Assembly (NCBI GenBank): GCA_002269645.1
Contig: NIVC01000454.1
Span: forward strand, 1 to 58,167
DNA length: 58,167 nt
From: Macrostomum lignano
Taxonomy: Eukaryota
Direction of reading: 5' to 3'
Shown: piece after piece, positions 11,205 to 23,246 of the stretch
Numbering within the stretch: position 1 is the stretch's first letter
Layout of the letters: the number at the start of each line of letters is the position of its first letter
Made by a program: the position numbers and the translations under genes
Notes under the pieces: generated by a model
What the model saw: only the letters and a program-made list of their open reading frames with translations
The model's database searches: none
Told to the model about the DNA's origin: nothing

Positions 11205-11770
11205 CTGAGCGTCTGGGAGATGAAGGACCAAGAGTCTGGGAGATGAAGTGCCGAGAGTCTGGGAGATGAAGGACCGCGAGAGTCTGGAAGATGGAGTACC
11301 GAGAGTCTGGGAGATGAAGGACCGAGAGACTGGGAGATGAAGGACCGAAAGTCTGAGAGATGAAGGACCGAGACTGTGGGAGATGAAGTACAGTGAGTCT
11401 GGGAGATGAAGGACCGCGAGAGTCTGGGAGATGGAGTACCGAGAGTCTAAGAGATGAAGGACCGAGAGTCTGGGAGATGATGGACCGAGAGTCTGGGAGA
11501 TGAAGGACCGAGAGTCTGGGAGATGATGGACCGAGAGTCTGGGAGATGATGGACCGAGAGTCTGGGAGATGAAGGACCGAGAGTCTGAGAGATGAAGGAC
11601 CGAGACTGTGGGAGATGAAGTACAGTGAGTCTGGGAGATGGAGTACCCAGAGTCTGGGAGATGGAGTACCGAGAGTCTGGGAGATGGAGTACCGAGAGTC
11701 TGGGAGATGCAGTGCCGAGAGTCTGGGAGGTGAATGACCGAGAGACTGGAACTGAGAGTGGACTGAGAGT
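11205..11770. repeat. ~23-bp minisatellite (GAGAGTCTGGGAGATGAAGGACC), CEP95 intron 2
   Basis: Tandem units visible directly. Confidence 0.9.
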
Positions 11771-11864
11771 CAGCAGACGAAAGGGCAACAGGGTAATCGA
11801 ACTCATCTCAGAACTCAAACTTATTGATTTTTTGAACTCTCCAAAAACCCTCAGCGAGACACAG

Positions 11865-12022
11865 CGGCGGCAGCCGAGACGGCGATGCTGACAGAGCGCC
11901 GCAGGCAGCTGGAGGCGGCCTACCGGCAGTCCGAGCGGCAGCTGCGGGATGAAGTAGGCGGAGGTCGGGGCCGCGGCGGCGGCCTCATCAAGAGCCGGGC
12001 GAGGCAGTGCCCTATAAAACAG
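11865..12022 (+). CDS. CEP95: CEP95-like exon 3 (acceptor could be 11855, 11865 or 11874)
   Basis: AETAMLTERRRQLEAAYRQSERQLRDE coiled-coil. Donor GTGAAG 12023. Confidence 0.6.
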
Positions 12023-12100
12023 GTGAAGGTTGTTGGGCCATGAACTTTTTATCATAGCTTATGCTAGCATTTGCTAGAATTTACCTTAGATCAGGGTCCA

Positions 12101-12800
12101 GACCAGTCTCAGACAATGGCCCAGACCAGCCTCAGACAATGGCCCAGACTAGCCTCAGACAATGGCCCAGACCAGCCTCAGACAATGGCCCAGACTAGCC
12201 TCAGACAATGGCCCAGACCAGCCTCAGACAATGGCCCAGACTAGCCTCAGACAATGGCCCAGACCAGCCTCAGACAATGGCCCAGACTAGCCTCAGACAA
12301 TGGCCCAGACCAGCCTCAGACAATGGCCCAGACTAGCCTCAGACAATGGCCCAGACCAGCCTCAGACAATGGCCCAGACCAGCCTCAGACAATGGCCCAG
12401 ACCAGCCTCAGACAATGGCCCAGACTAGCCTCAGACAATGGCCCAGACCAGCCTCAGACAATGGCCCAGACTAGCCTCAGACAATGGCCCATACCAGCCT
12501 CAGACAATGGCCCAGACCAGCCTCAGACAATGGCCCAGACCAGCCTCAGACAATGGCCCAGACTAGCCTCAGACAATGGCCCAGACTAGCCTCAGACAAT
12601 GGCCCAGACCAGCCTCAGACAATGGCCCAGACCAGCCTCAGACAATGGCCCAGACCAGCCTCAGGCTATGGCCCAGACCAGCCTCAGACAATGGCCCAGA
12701 CCAGCCTCAGGCTATGGCCCAGACCAGCCTCAGGCTATGGCCCAGACCAGCCTCAGGCAATGGCCCAGACCAGCCTCAGGCAATGGCCCAGACCAGCCTC
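12101..12800. repeat. 23-bp minisatellite (CTCAGACAATGGCCCAGACCAGC), CEP95 intron 3
   Basis: Period 23, about 30 units. Confidence 0.95.
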
Positions 12801-12826
12801 AACCCTCCCCATTCCTAACCGCGCAG

Positions 12827-13264
12827 GCCAAGCAGCAGCGCAAGCGCTGTCCGGCTGCCCCCGGCGACCCCCAGCTGCTGCCGGAGCTGCTGTCCGAGTT
12901 CCCCTTCCTAGACGTGTCTGAGGCCACCCTCAGGCAGATGCGGGACCGCCTGGACCGCCACAGCCGCCACATGGCCGCCACGGCGGCTTCGGCTAGCCGA
13001 GGCGCCGGCGGCCGCGGGAACAAGGCGGCGGCTGTTGTGGCGGACGCGGAGCGGCGGCAGCGGCTGCTGGTGGAGTCGCTCAGGCGGGAGGCGGCCGCTG
13101 CGGAGCGGCAGCGCGAGCAGTCGGAGAGGCGCGCGGCGGCGATTCGAGTCCGGGCTCTCGATCGGGAGCGGCGCAGTGAGTCGGCGAAGGCCAGGCAGTA
13201 CTATGACCAGTTCGTTGCCAGGCAACGGGCTCGCATGCTGGCCAAGCGGTCCGTGGAGGAGCAG
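12827..13264 (+). CDS. CEP95: CEP95-like exon 4
   Basis: GCGCAG acceptor, 146 codons, LLPELLSEFPFL...RQYYDQFVARQRARMLAKRSVEEQ. Donor GTGAGA 13265. Confidence 0.8.
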
Positions 13265-13470
13265 GTGAGACTTAGAAGTACCTTGATGTACTTTTTTCTG
13301 ACTGAGGCCTTTACCGACCTGATTACCGGACACTCTTCCTCAAAGTGAATGCCTGTAAGACTGGGAGTTTTAATTAATCCGCATTGAAAGCGGGCCGGAT
13401 TTGTACTTTGTTTCATTTGCCAGGCCATCCGCCCAGGGCCGGCGCTACGGCCGCTTCTCAGACAGAAAAC

Positions 13471-13735
13471 CTGTTCTTCAGGACAGCTGACCTGTTCTTG
13501 AGGACAACTGACCTGTTCTTGAGGACAGCTGACCTGTTCTTGAGGACAACTGACCTATTCTTGAGGACAACTGACCAGTTCTTGAGGACAACTGACCTGT
13601 TCTTGAGGACAACTGACCTGTTCTTGAGGACAACTGACCTGTTCTTGAGGACAGCTGACCTGTTCTTGAGGACAGCTGACCTGTTCTTGAGGACAGCTGA
13701 CCTGTTCTTGAGGACAGCTGACCAGTTCTTGAGGG
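13471..13735. repeat. 21-bp minisatellite (GACCTGTTCTTGAGGACAACT), CEP95 intron 4
   Basis: About 12 units; a partial unit reappears after the SINE near 14050-14070. Confidence 0.9.
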
Positions 13736-13742
13736 CATGACT

Positions 13743-14048
13743 ATGGTTATAGCGTAGTGGTTAGAGCGTCGGACTCGCGACTTGAAGGTCAGAGGTTCGA
13801 TTCCCGATCCCAATCGGAACAAATTGCGTCCTTGAGCAAAGCACTCAACTCTGCATTGCGTCAGTTCACCCAGCTGTAAAATGGGTGCCGGCATTAGCTG
13901 GGGTAATTGAGGGTGTGGCGACCCCCCAGTCCTTGGACTGAACAGCCGTACGCAGCCTTCAGATGCGCCGCGCAAAAGCTGCAGCTGACCTGTCGGTTGC
14001 ACACCTGCGCATTGGGGCAGGTGTAATCAATTTCTTATTACTATTATT
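13743..14048 (+). mobile_element. tRNA-derived CORE-type SINE
   Basis: A-box TAGCGTAGTGG 13750-13760 and B-box GGTTCGATTCC 13794-13804. A CORE/MIR-like central domain (GTCCTTGAGCAAAGCACTCAAC...TCAGTT...CTGTAAAATGGG) lies at ~13828-13885, followed by a TTATTACTATTATT tail. Confidence 0.75.
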
Positions 14049-14714
14049 GAGAGGCAACTGACCAGTTCTTATGTGTCAGTTCTTGTCTGTCAGCTCTTAT
14101 GTATCAGCTATTTTCTCCAATTTAAATTCCATATATTTTCTCATCTGGCAATATGTATGGAAAAATTAGTTTCCGCACTGAAGCGAGGTGCAACTCGAGC
14201 AAACGTCACAAGAATTAAGGAAGCCGCTTGTGTGCGGGGCTTCCAGAAACAAAGAGGGCCGGTCGTTGAGCCCCTCGACCTTGCGATCTCTCGAGTAATA
14301 TGCACTAGTCAGGGAGGAGATGACACCTCTAGGTCACTCCTGCTCGGAGCTCGAGAAGTGCTGAGAAGGCTCTTCCGCCTATAATATAAGTGCTTTTGAG
14401 TGGCTTCCTTTCAGCAGCTCAGGCCGCAACTTTTTGCCTGATCGCCTGATTGTGACTGACCGCCATTCGTCTTTCAATTTGCACTTTTGTCTGCTTTTGC
14501 AGCTTCCCTGCAGTTTGAGAGCACTTTGATCTTATCAGCAGCCCAGCCCAAAGTCCATGTTCTTATCATTCACATAGAATCCCAATTTTATCCTTGAGTC
14601 TCCCATTTTTCTCGAAATCTGCATTCTACATCTCTCTTTTCTTAGAGTCGCAGTTTAAATCTCTTGTCTCTTAGAGTCCCTATTTGAAATATCTTGAATC
14701 GCTATTAAAAAATA

Positions 14715-15130
14715 CAGATTTCTTAGAATTCACATTTGAAACATTCAGGTTTCTTAGAATTCACATTTGAAATATTCAGATTTCTTAGAATTCACATTTG
14801 AAATATCCAGATTTCTTAGAATTCACATTTGAAATATCCAGATTTCTTAGAATTCACATTTGAAATATTCAGATTTCTTAGAATTCACATTTGAAATATT
14901 CAGATTTCTTAGAATCCACATTTGAAATATTCAGATTTCTTAGAATTCACATTTGAAACATTCAGGTTTCTTAGAATCCACATTTGAAGTGCCCTCATTT
15001 ATTAGAATTCACATTTGAAATTCCGTGATTTCGTAGATACCCCAATTTCAAATATCCGGATTTGCTAGAATCCCAATTTGTTATATCCTGGTTTCTTAGA
15101 GATCATCCTTAGGTTTCTTAGAATCCCTAT
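14715..15130. repeat. 31-bp AT-rich minisatellite (AGATTTCTTAGAATTCACATTTGAAATATTC), CEP95 intron 4
   Basis: Period 31, degenerate edges. Confidence 0.85.
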
Positions 15131-15279
15131 TTTTTATATAATTTCTTAGATTTTTCCATTTAAGAAATATATTTCTTAGAATCCCCTCACTGAGGCCACT
15201 TCACCGGGCGCTGTCTCACTACTGTACAGCCAGTGCAAGCCAGCACCAATCATCTCAGCTCATCTTCTCTCCTTGTCAG

Positions 15280-15675
15280 GTCTTTCGCCGTCTGTTCACC
15301 GAGGCGCTGCAGCTGCAGCGTCAGCGAATTCGCGAGCACCGGACTCGAGCCCGGGACCACCAAGCCGAGCTGCACAAGCGGACGGCGGACGAAGTGGCCT
15401 CGATGGAGAATTTCTACAGGGACCGGTTCGCCATGCTGGCCGAGTCTCTGGCCACTGAGCGGCGCGAGCTGCAGGTCCGGGAGCGAGCTCACGACCACCT
15501 GGTGCGCGGCCTGTCCCGCGACCTTCGCCGCCGCATGGAGACCGAGGTGCGCGACATCCAGGAGCAGCTGGCTCGCGACCAAGACGATGCCCACTTCAGG
15601 CAGCTGGACGCCGACCAGGTGCTCGCCAGGCTTTACTCCAGGATGGCCGAACCGCCGCGGCTCCATGCCGTGTGA
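15280..15675 (+). CDS. CEP95: CEP95-like exon 5 (last)
   Basis: VFRRLFTEALQLQRQRIRE...SMENFYRDRFAMLAE...RRRMETEVRDIQE...DDAHFRQLDAD matches the recalled CEP95 C-terminus (SMENYYKDQFSLLAE...DDVFFRELEAE). Ends in TGA. Confidence 0.9.
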   Translation, partial: VFRRLFTEALQLQRQRIREHRTRARDHQAELHKRTADEVASMENFYRDRFAMLAESLATERRELQVRERAHDHLVRGLSRDLRRRMETEVRDIQEQLARDQDDAHFRQLDADQVLARLYSRMAEPPRLHAV

Positions 15676-15677
15676 TT

Positions 15678-15980
15678 GTCATGTAATGCTCTGCTTTGTC
15701 ATGTCGTGCAGTGCCATGTCATGTAATTTCATGTCATGCTGTGTCATGTCATGTAATTTTATGTCATGTCATGTCATATCATGTAGTATCATGTCATGTC
15801 ATGTCATGCCATGTCATATCATGTAGTGACATGTAATGTAATGTCATATCATGTAGTGTCATGTCATGTGATGTCATGTAGTGTCATGTCATGTCATGTC
15901 ATATCATGTAGTGACATGTCATGTCATATCATGTAGTGTCATGTCATGTCATGTAGTGTTACGTCACACCATGTCATGTT
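15678..15980. repeat. (ATGTC)n-type pentanucleotide repeat
   Basis: Starts immediately after the CEP95 stop codon. Confidence 0.9.
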
Positions 15981-17518
15981 GTGTGGCACTACTCCATGGC
16001 AGTGCCGATCTCATCTACGAGTACATGCACCCATATTTAGACAATTTCCGTTTGCTAGCATGTGTTTAGCGCAAAATCAATTAGTTCTCTATTTTTAGCT
16101 GGCCTGACTGACTAGCTAATGTTTCTATTGAGTGTATAAAAGCACTTTTTCAGTCCAGGCTCAGGCGGCGAGTTTCAGCATCGGGCACGGATGAAGAGGT
16201 GCCAACTGTCCCATTTATTTGCTTAATTTTGTGCCATTTAACGCTGAGCGCTACGAGCGGGCTTTGACAGCCATCATCTATGCCTGGCATCATTTTATTG
16301 TCAACTCTCCAATTTTTAAGCGTTTCAATTATTTTAGACTAAAATAGCAATTTAAATCGGTTGCTTATTAAAAGCTAAAATAAATTTGGGCTTTTTGTTA
16401 ATTACTTTCCTTTTGCCAAGTATAATTGCATGTATTATTATCCTTCCACAGAACTTGTATCCTTTACTAATGACTTCTCCGTCCTGAGACCAAAAATATA
16501 ATCGTACAATTAATTCTATACATAAGTAGCCTAGTGCAGCCTATCTTCCTTGATAATGTGCTCACGTGAAATAATCGTTTTTGTTTTCTTTCTCTTTTCG
16601 ACACTTGGCGTGTGCTTTTATAAAATTAACATATACGGTAACATAGAGAATCTATTACCAACTATAGAGATAAAATATATACTCCTGACCAACTGCAAAG
16701 TGGATTAGGGGGTTAGATATTAGAGCAAACTGCCAACGGCACAGCCGCTATAATTTTAGGCTTGCACCTATCAAAGTGAAAAAATGCTTGCTTTTCGAAA
16801 TTAATTCGCATCCTTTCAAAAAACCCGCGTGAAATTTCTAGAAAACATATTACTGTACTGTATTTCTATACCGTTCCATAGAACTGGTGGGAATGATAAA
16901 TAACTAGTTTTGTCATGTAGCTATAAAATAATCAATGTGTCATGTGTCTTGTTTTGTTAGTATTTTTAGTGGGAAAAATTAAAAAATGGAAAAATAACCC
17001 ATTAACCAGCAACTGTCTCTAGAAAAGTTTTGATGATATACGACTAACGGTTTTTTGTTTCTTTTTAGACTACTATAACAAATGAAACAATTAAAATAAG
17101 TTTTTAAGTTGTGAATATAAAAATAATCTTAAAATTTTGCACAAATATTTGCTTATATAATTGGAACATCTTTGTACAAGCTTTGTTTTTTCAGCCCATG
17201 TTTTCATTATCTGGTACTTGTTTAATATGGGCAGAGTTTTATATTTAGTTCAATTCAACAGCATAGCTTTATCAAGTTCAGTGTTTTGCGTTTGCATTTA
17301 TAATATTAAAAAAGTAGCTGACTTTCAATTTACTAATCATATGTATTCGTTTAGCTCTATGTAAACTTTTCTTTAGTAAGGTTCACATCCACGTCTAGTT
17401 TTGAATCACTGGCACTGGAGATAAGGCAGTTCAAGAAAGTACTGAAGAGTGAAGATAAATGTCTATGCAGCTCTTTTTATATTATTTTCTACTAGAATAA
17501 GAATACAATTATACAAAG

Positions 17519-17704
17519 ATGCAAAGAAGTGTCTCTGAAGACATATTGTTGAATAAAAAACCCATTAGACAGTTTCCTTGTAAAGTTGTTGCATTCAGCT
17601 CTCAATATGGTTCAGAAGATGGCTCATACTCAGTCAGACAACTGGTTGGAACTGGCCCATCTGTCTATCCTCGCTATGGAGACTTCTGCGAAGCATGTGT
17701 TCTT
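17519..17704 (+). CDS. FBXL4: F-box/LRR protein 4 exon 1 (5 exons, ~604 aa)
   Basis: KVVAFSSQYGSE...YSVRQLVG.GPSVYPRYGDF matches the FBXL4 N-terminus. Donor GTAAGT 17705. The five exons sum to 1815 nt, in frame. Confidence 0.9.
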
Positions 17705-18815
17705 GTAAGTTTAGTTTAAAAGATTTGCTACTTGCTTTGCTTGCTTGCTGATCTCAGTTTTTTATCTTTTTCCTAGCATTTGTACTTCTAATACCTAGAA
17801 ATTGTTAAATATTTGTCTCTTTTTGTTGGCCAAAACATTTCATGCTTAACAATAAAATCACTCAATGCATACATCATTTGTGCACAGATAATATATACAA
17901 ATCTATACACATGACTATGACAATGACACTAAGATTAAAAAGTAGTATAAAAATAATTTTTAATTAATGTTTCTTTCAATGAAGTAAAATTTAAATTCAA
18001 CTTTAAAACCATTAACTTCTTAAAAAATATGCTAAGTTCTATATGTATACAAGCATATATAGCTATTAAAATATATTGGCAACTAATAAAAAGTGAAACT
18101 AGTTTATGTGAAACCCAAATGGCAAATAAAAAAACAAAAAATATATGTGCATCAGGCTGTAAGGATTTAAAGTAAATAAAAGAAAAGGAAAAGAGATAGG
18201 CGGTGGTTCTTATTTTATTTAATCAAAAGTAAGAAGTATGGAGAAGAAGTAAGGAAGTAAAGATTATCTGTTGTGGGCACCATATATTTATAGCCATCAG
18301 GAGCATCACCGGAAACATCAGAAAATTCTAAGCATTATAACGAAACAAATATTAATTATTGATTCCTATTAGATTTGCATTAATTGTAGTACTGCTTTAC
18401 TGTAATAAATTATAAATTGAATAATTATAAATGCGAGTATTGAAATTAGTTACTGTGAGAGAAATTTCGAGAATTTAATTTGTACTCTACGGGGAAATTT
18501 CTAGAAATTAAATAATTCAAATGCATCGAACTTTCGCGAAGGTCACTACAAGGCCTTTGATTTGCATGGCTATTAAATTTAGCATATTAGGTACTGTTTA
18601 CAATGTTTTTTATTTATTCAGATAAGCGCTTTAGCACTGATGGATTTCCAAGTTTTGTATGTCTTCTGTCTAAAATATAAATTAAATTTGTTTAGAAATT
18701 TACAAGATAGATAAAAGTTCATCAAGCTCTTAAGTTTGGGTATTTTTGGTATAGTGCTTTTTGTACCTCATAGATGTATTTTACCATGCACTCCACCACC
18801 ATGGCCGCACTGCAG

Positions 18816-19289
18816 CGCTACTATGGCCCATGGTGGTCGCAGGCACCATCAGCCGCACCCCCAATCGGCACAAGGCCGGGCAGCCTCCCAGCCGGCTACT
18901 GCTCCGAGGACTTCGTCGAAGTCGAGTACAGCCAGCCAGTGCGGCTCCAGCGTATCCGCGTCTACGAGACCTTCGTGCCCGGCTGCCTGGTGGCCGTGTT
19001 CGCTCGCTCGCTAGCGCCGGAAGGTGCCGACGCTGAAGCCGACCTGTGGCACCGGGTGTGGCGCCGGCCGGGGCCCAGCAAAGAGCCGCACGCGTCCCGA
19101 GTGTTCGAGCCGCCCACAGACAGCTGCTGGCCGCCCGTACCGCCCAACAGGCTGGTGAACCGGCTGCGGCTGGAGTTCAACTGCTGTCTGGCTGCGTACT
19201 ACACGGAGATTGACACGGTTGAGCTCATCGGCACTGCGGGGATTGACTCTGGCGATCAAGAGGCGGCTGTGCAACCGCTGGCTGAACAG
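18816..19289 (+). CDS. FBXL4: FBXL4 exon 2
   Basis: RYYGPWW...SEDFVEVEY...IRVYETFVPG...LRLEFN...YYTEIDTVELIG. CTGCAG acceptor, GTGGGT donor. Confidence 0.92.
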
Positions 19290-19308
19290 GTGGGTCTTCT
19301 AATTGGTG

Positions 19309-21331
19309 TTGTCAGCTGAATCTAATTGGTGTGTCAGCTGAATCTAATTGGTGTGTCAGCTGAATCTAATTGGTGTATCAGCTGAATCTAAACTGATGTG
19401 TCAGCTGAATCTAATTGGTGTGTCAGCTGAATCTAATAGGTGTGTCAGCTGAATCTAATTGGTGTGTCAGCTGAATCTAATTGGTGTGTCAGCTGAATCT
19501 AATTGGTGTGTCAGCTGAATCTAATTGGTGTGTCAGCTGAATCTAAACTGATGTGTCAGCTGAATCTAAACTGATGTGTCAGCTGAATCTAAACTGATGT
19601 GTCAGCTGAATCTAAACTGATGTGTCAGCTGAATCTAATTGGTGTGTCAGCTGAATCTAATTGGTGTGTCAGCTGAATCTAAACTGATGTGTCAGCTGAA
19701 TCTAATTGGTGTGTCAGCTGAATCTAATTGGTGTGTCAGCTGAATCTAATTGGTTTGTCAGCTGAATCTATTTGGTTTGTCAGCTGAATCTATTTGGTTT
19801 GTCAGCTGAATCTAATTGGTGTGTCAGCTGAATCTAAACTGATGTGTCAGCTAAATCTAATTGGTGTGTCAGCTGAATCTAATTGGTGTGTCAGCTGAAT
19901 CTAATTGGTGTGTCAGCTGAATCTAATTGGTGTGTCAGCTGAATCTAAACTGATGTGTCAGCTGAATCTAAACTGATGTGTCAGCTGAATCTAAACTGAT
20001 GTGTCAGCTGAATCTAAACTGATGTGTCAGCTGAATCTAATTGGTGTGTCAGCTGAATCTAATTGGTGTGTCAGCTGAATCTAAACTGATGTGTCAGCTG
20101 AATCTAATTGGTGTGTCAGCTGAATCTAATTGGTGTGTCAGCTTAATCTAATTGGTGTGTCAGCTGAATCTAATTGGTGTGTCAGCCGAATCTAATTGGT
20201 GTGTCAGCTTAATCTAATTGGTGTGTCAGCTTAATCTAATAGGTGTGTCAGCTGAATCTATTTGGTTTGTCAGCTGAATCTAATTGGTGTGTCAGCTGAA
20301 TCTAATAGGTGTGTCAGCTGAATCTAATTGGTGTGTCAGCTGAATCTATTTGGTTTGTCAGCTGAATCTAATTGGTGTGTCAGCTGAATCTAATTGGTGT
20401 GTCAGCTGAATCTAATTGGTGTGTCAGCTGAATCTAATTGGTGTGTCAGCTGAATCTAATTGGTGTGTCAGCTGAATCTAATTGGTGTGTCAGCTGAATC
20501 TAAACTGATGTGTCAGCTGAATCTAAACTGATGTGTCAGCTGAATCTAAACTGATGTGTCAGCTGAATCTAAACTGATGTGTCAGCTGAATCTAATTGGT
20601 GTGTCAGCTGAATCTAATTGGTGTGTCAGCTGAATCTAAACTGATGTGTCAGCTGAATCTAATTGGTGTGTCAGCTGAATCTAATTGGTGTGTCAGCTGA
20701 ATCTAAACTGATGTGTCAGCTGAATCTAATTGGTGTGTCAGCTGAATCTAATTGGTGTGTCAGCTGAATCTAATTGGTGTGTCAGCTGAATCTAATTGGT
20801 GTGTCAGCTGAATCTAATTGGTTTGTCAGCTGAATCTATTTGGTTTGTCAGCTGAATCTAATTGGTGTGTCAGCTGAATCTAATAGGTGTGTCAGCTGAA
20901 TCTTATTGGTGTGTCAGCTGAATCTAATTGGTGTGTCAGCTGAATCTATTTGGTTTGTCAGCTGAATCTATTTGGTTTGTCAGCTGAATCTAATTGGTGT
21001 GTCAGCTGAATCTAATAGGTGTGTCAGCTGAATCTAATTGGTGTGTCAGCTTAATCTAATTGGTGTGTCAGCTGAATCTAATTGGTGTGTCAGCTGAATC
21101 TATTTGGTTTGTCAGCTGAATCTATTTGGTTTGTCAGCTGAATCTAATTGGTGTGTCAGCTGAATCTAATAGGTGTGTCAGCTGAATCTAATTGGTGTGT
21201 CAGCTGAATCTAATTGGTGTGTCAGCTGAATCTAATTGGTGTGTCAGCCGAATCTAATTGGTGTGTCAGCTGAATCTAAACTGAATCTAAAACTGATGTG
21301 TCAGAGGTGAATCTCAATTGGTGTGTCAGCT
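19309..21331. repeat. 22-bp minisatellite (GTGTCAGCTGAATCTAATTGGT), FBXL4 intron 2
   Basis: About 90 units with a recurrent AAACTGAT variant. Confidence 0.98.
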
Positions 21332-21479
21332 GTTTACTTTACTGTCAGGTGCCCCACTTTTGAAATGTCGGTCTTTCCAGTTTGAAGTATTACATGCCCC
21401 CATGTAGTGTCTGGTAATCTGATTGCCCAATTTTTTAAGTGTCACAAGATACCATAATTAAGGTATCAGGTGCGACGGA

Positions 21480-21775
21480 CTAGAGTGTCAGGTTCCCCAA
21501 TTAGGGTGTCAGGTGCCCCCAATTAGGATGTCAGGTGGTTTCCCTAATTAGGGTTTCAGGTGCCCCCAATTAGGATGTCAGGTGGTTTCCCTAATTAGGG
21601 TTTCAGGTGCCCCCAATTAGGATGTCAGGTGGTTACCCTAATTAGGGTGTCAGGTGCCCCAATTAGGGTGTCAGGTGGTTTCCCTAATTAGGGTGTCAGG
21701 TGCCCCCAATTAGGATGTCAGGTGGTTTCCCTAATTAGGGTCTCAGGTGCCCCCAATTAGGGTGTCAGGTGCTCC
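21480..21775. repeat. 22-24-bp minisatellite (GTGTCAGGTGCCCCCAATTAGG / GTCAGGTGGTTTCCCTAATTAGG), FBXL4 intron 2
   Basis: Two alternating sub-units. Confidence 0.9.
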
Positions 21776-21784
21776 CATTCAAAG

Positions 21785-22268
21785 CTACGCGGCATCAACC
21801 GGAAGGTCGCCTCGCTAAGCCTGGTGGACGCCGCCGGCCCGGCTGGCGACTCCGCCGACCCGGCCGCCTCTGCCGGCTGGTTCGGCCGCTGGCCGTCGGA
21901 GCTGCTGAGCCGCCTGCTCGGCCTGCTGGACCTGCAGTCGCTGCTGCGCCTCGGCCAGACCTGCCGCCTGCTGAACCACTTCAGTGCCGACCCGCTGCTG
22001 TACCGGAGCCTCAGTCTGCGGCCGTACTGCCTGCGACTCAAGGACGACCACTTATTGTCCTTGGCCGAGCGGCTGACCGCCTGCCGCCAGCTGGAGCTGT
22101 CCTGGTGCTCCGGAGTCGGGCCGGCCACCTTCTGCCAGCTCGTCAACTGCCGACTTGACGACGGCGCTCGCGTCGGGCGGCAGTTGACGGCTCTGCGGTT
22201 GGCGAGCTGCGGTTTTCTTGACGACACGTGCCTGACCGCCATTGCAGAGAGCTGCCCGGCTCTGAATG
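21785..22268 (+). CDS. FBXL4: FBXL4 exon 3 (F-box and first LRRs)
   Basis: F-box WPSELLSRLLGLLDLQSLLRLGQTCRLL, then LYRSLSLRPY and LELSWC. Donor GTGAGT 22269. Confidence 0.9.
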
Positions 22269-22298
22269 GTGAGTAGGAAGTAAATTGGGGGCAGTGAA

Positions 22299-22627
22299 CT
22301 GTCAGCAGTCTGACCTGTCAGCAGTCTGACCTGTCAGCAGTCTGACCTGTCAGCAGTCTGACCTGTCAGCAGTCTGACCTGTCAGCAGTCTGACCTGTCA
22401 GCAGTCTGACCTGTCAGCAGTCTGACCTGTCAGCAGTCTGACCTGTCAGCAGTCTGACCTGTCAGCAGTCTGACCTGTCAGCAGTCTGACCTGTCAGCAG
22501 TCTGACCTGTCAGCAGTCTGACCTGTCAGCAGTCTGACCTGTCAGCAGTCTGACCTGTCAGCAGTCTGACCTGTCAGCAGTCTGACCTGTCAGCAGTCTG
22601 ACCTGTCAGCAGTTTAAACTGTCAGCA
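22299..22627. repeat. 16-bp minisatellite (CTGTCAGCAGTCTGAC), FBXL4 intron 3
   Basis: About 20 identical units; each is self-complementary (GTCAG..CTGAC). Confidence 0.97.
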
Positions 22628-22748
22628 ATGAATCGCGGGCACATTTGGGGTTGCTCATCGAGGAAATGGAACCGAGACTATTGATAACAGATCAAAAAAT
22701 TAAAGAGCTCAAGTTTTATTACGGACTGACGCGTCATCCGGTGTGCAG

Positions 22749-23178
22749 AGCTCGACCTATCCGGCTGCAACTCCGCCAGGACAACGGTCTTAGGCTTCTC
22801 CGCCCTGGCCACCGGCCTCCGCCGCCTGCGCCGCCTGAACCTCTACCGCTGCGGCATCGGCCTGGAGCAGCTGCTGGCGCTGATCCGCGCCAACCCCGAC
22901 CTGCGCCACGTCAACCTGGGCGCCTGCCCGGTCATGACCGACTTTGCCGACGGCGTTGTGGTGGAGCTGGCCGCCTGCTGCCGTGGCCTGCTCAGCCTGG
23001 ACCTGTGGCGCAGTCGCGGCCTCGGCTGCCTCGGCGTGACGGCGCTGGCGGACGGCTGCCCGGGCCTGCTGGAGCTGGACATCGGCTGGTGCACCCGGGT
23101 GAACTCGTCAACCGGCTGTCTGGCCGAGCTGGCGCAGAAATGCCGCAGCCTGCAGAAACTCTTCTTGACCGCAAACAG
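22749..23178 (+). CDS. FBXL4: FBXL4 exon 4 (LRRs)
   Basis: ELDLSGC..LNLYRC..LDLWRS..GCPGLLELDIGWC..SSTGCL..LQKLFLTANR is nearly diagnostic of FBXL4. Donor GTGGGC 23179. Confidence 0.93.
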
Positions 23179-23246
23179 GTGGGCAAGTGATTTATTCAGA
23201 CATTGGATGGCTTCAGATTTGGGGATAGTGGGATCTTTGATAGTAG

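Noticed and set aside
13743-13815. Possible tRNA gene
   Set aside because: A and B boxes are present but the acceptor and anticodon stems do not pair, and the sequence continues into a SINE body and tail.
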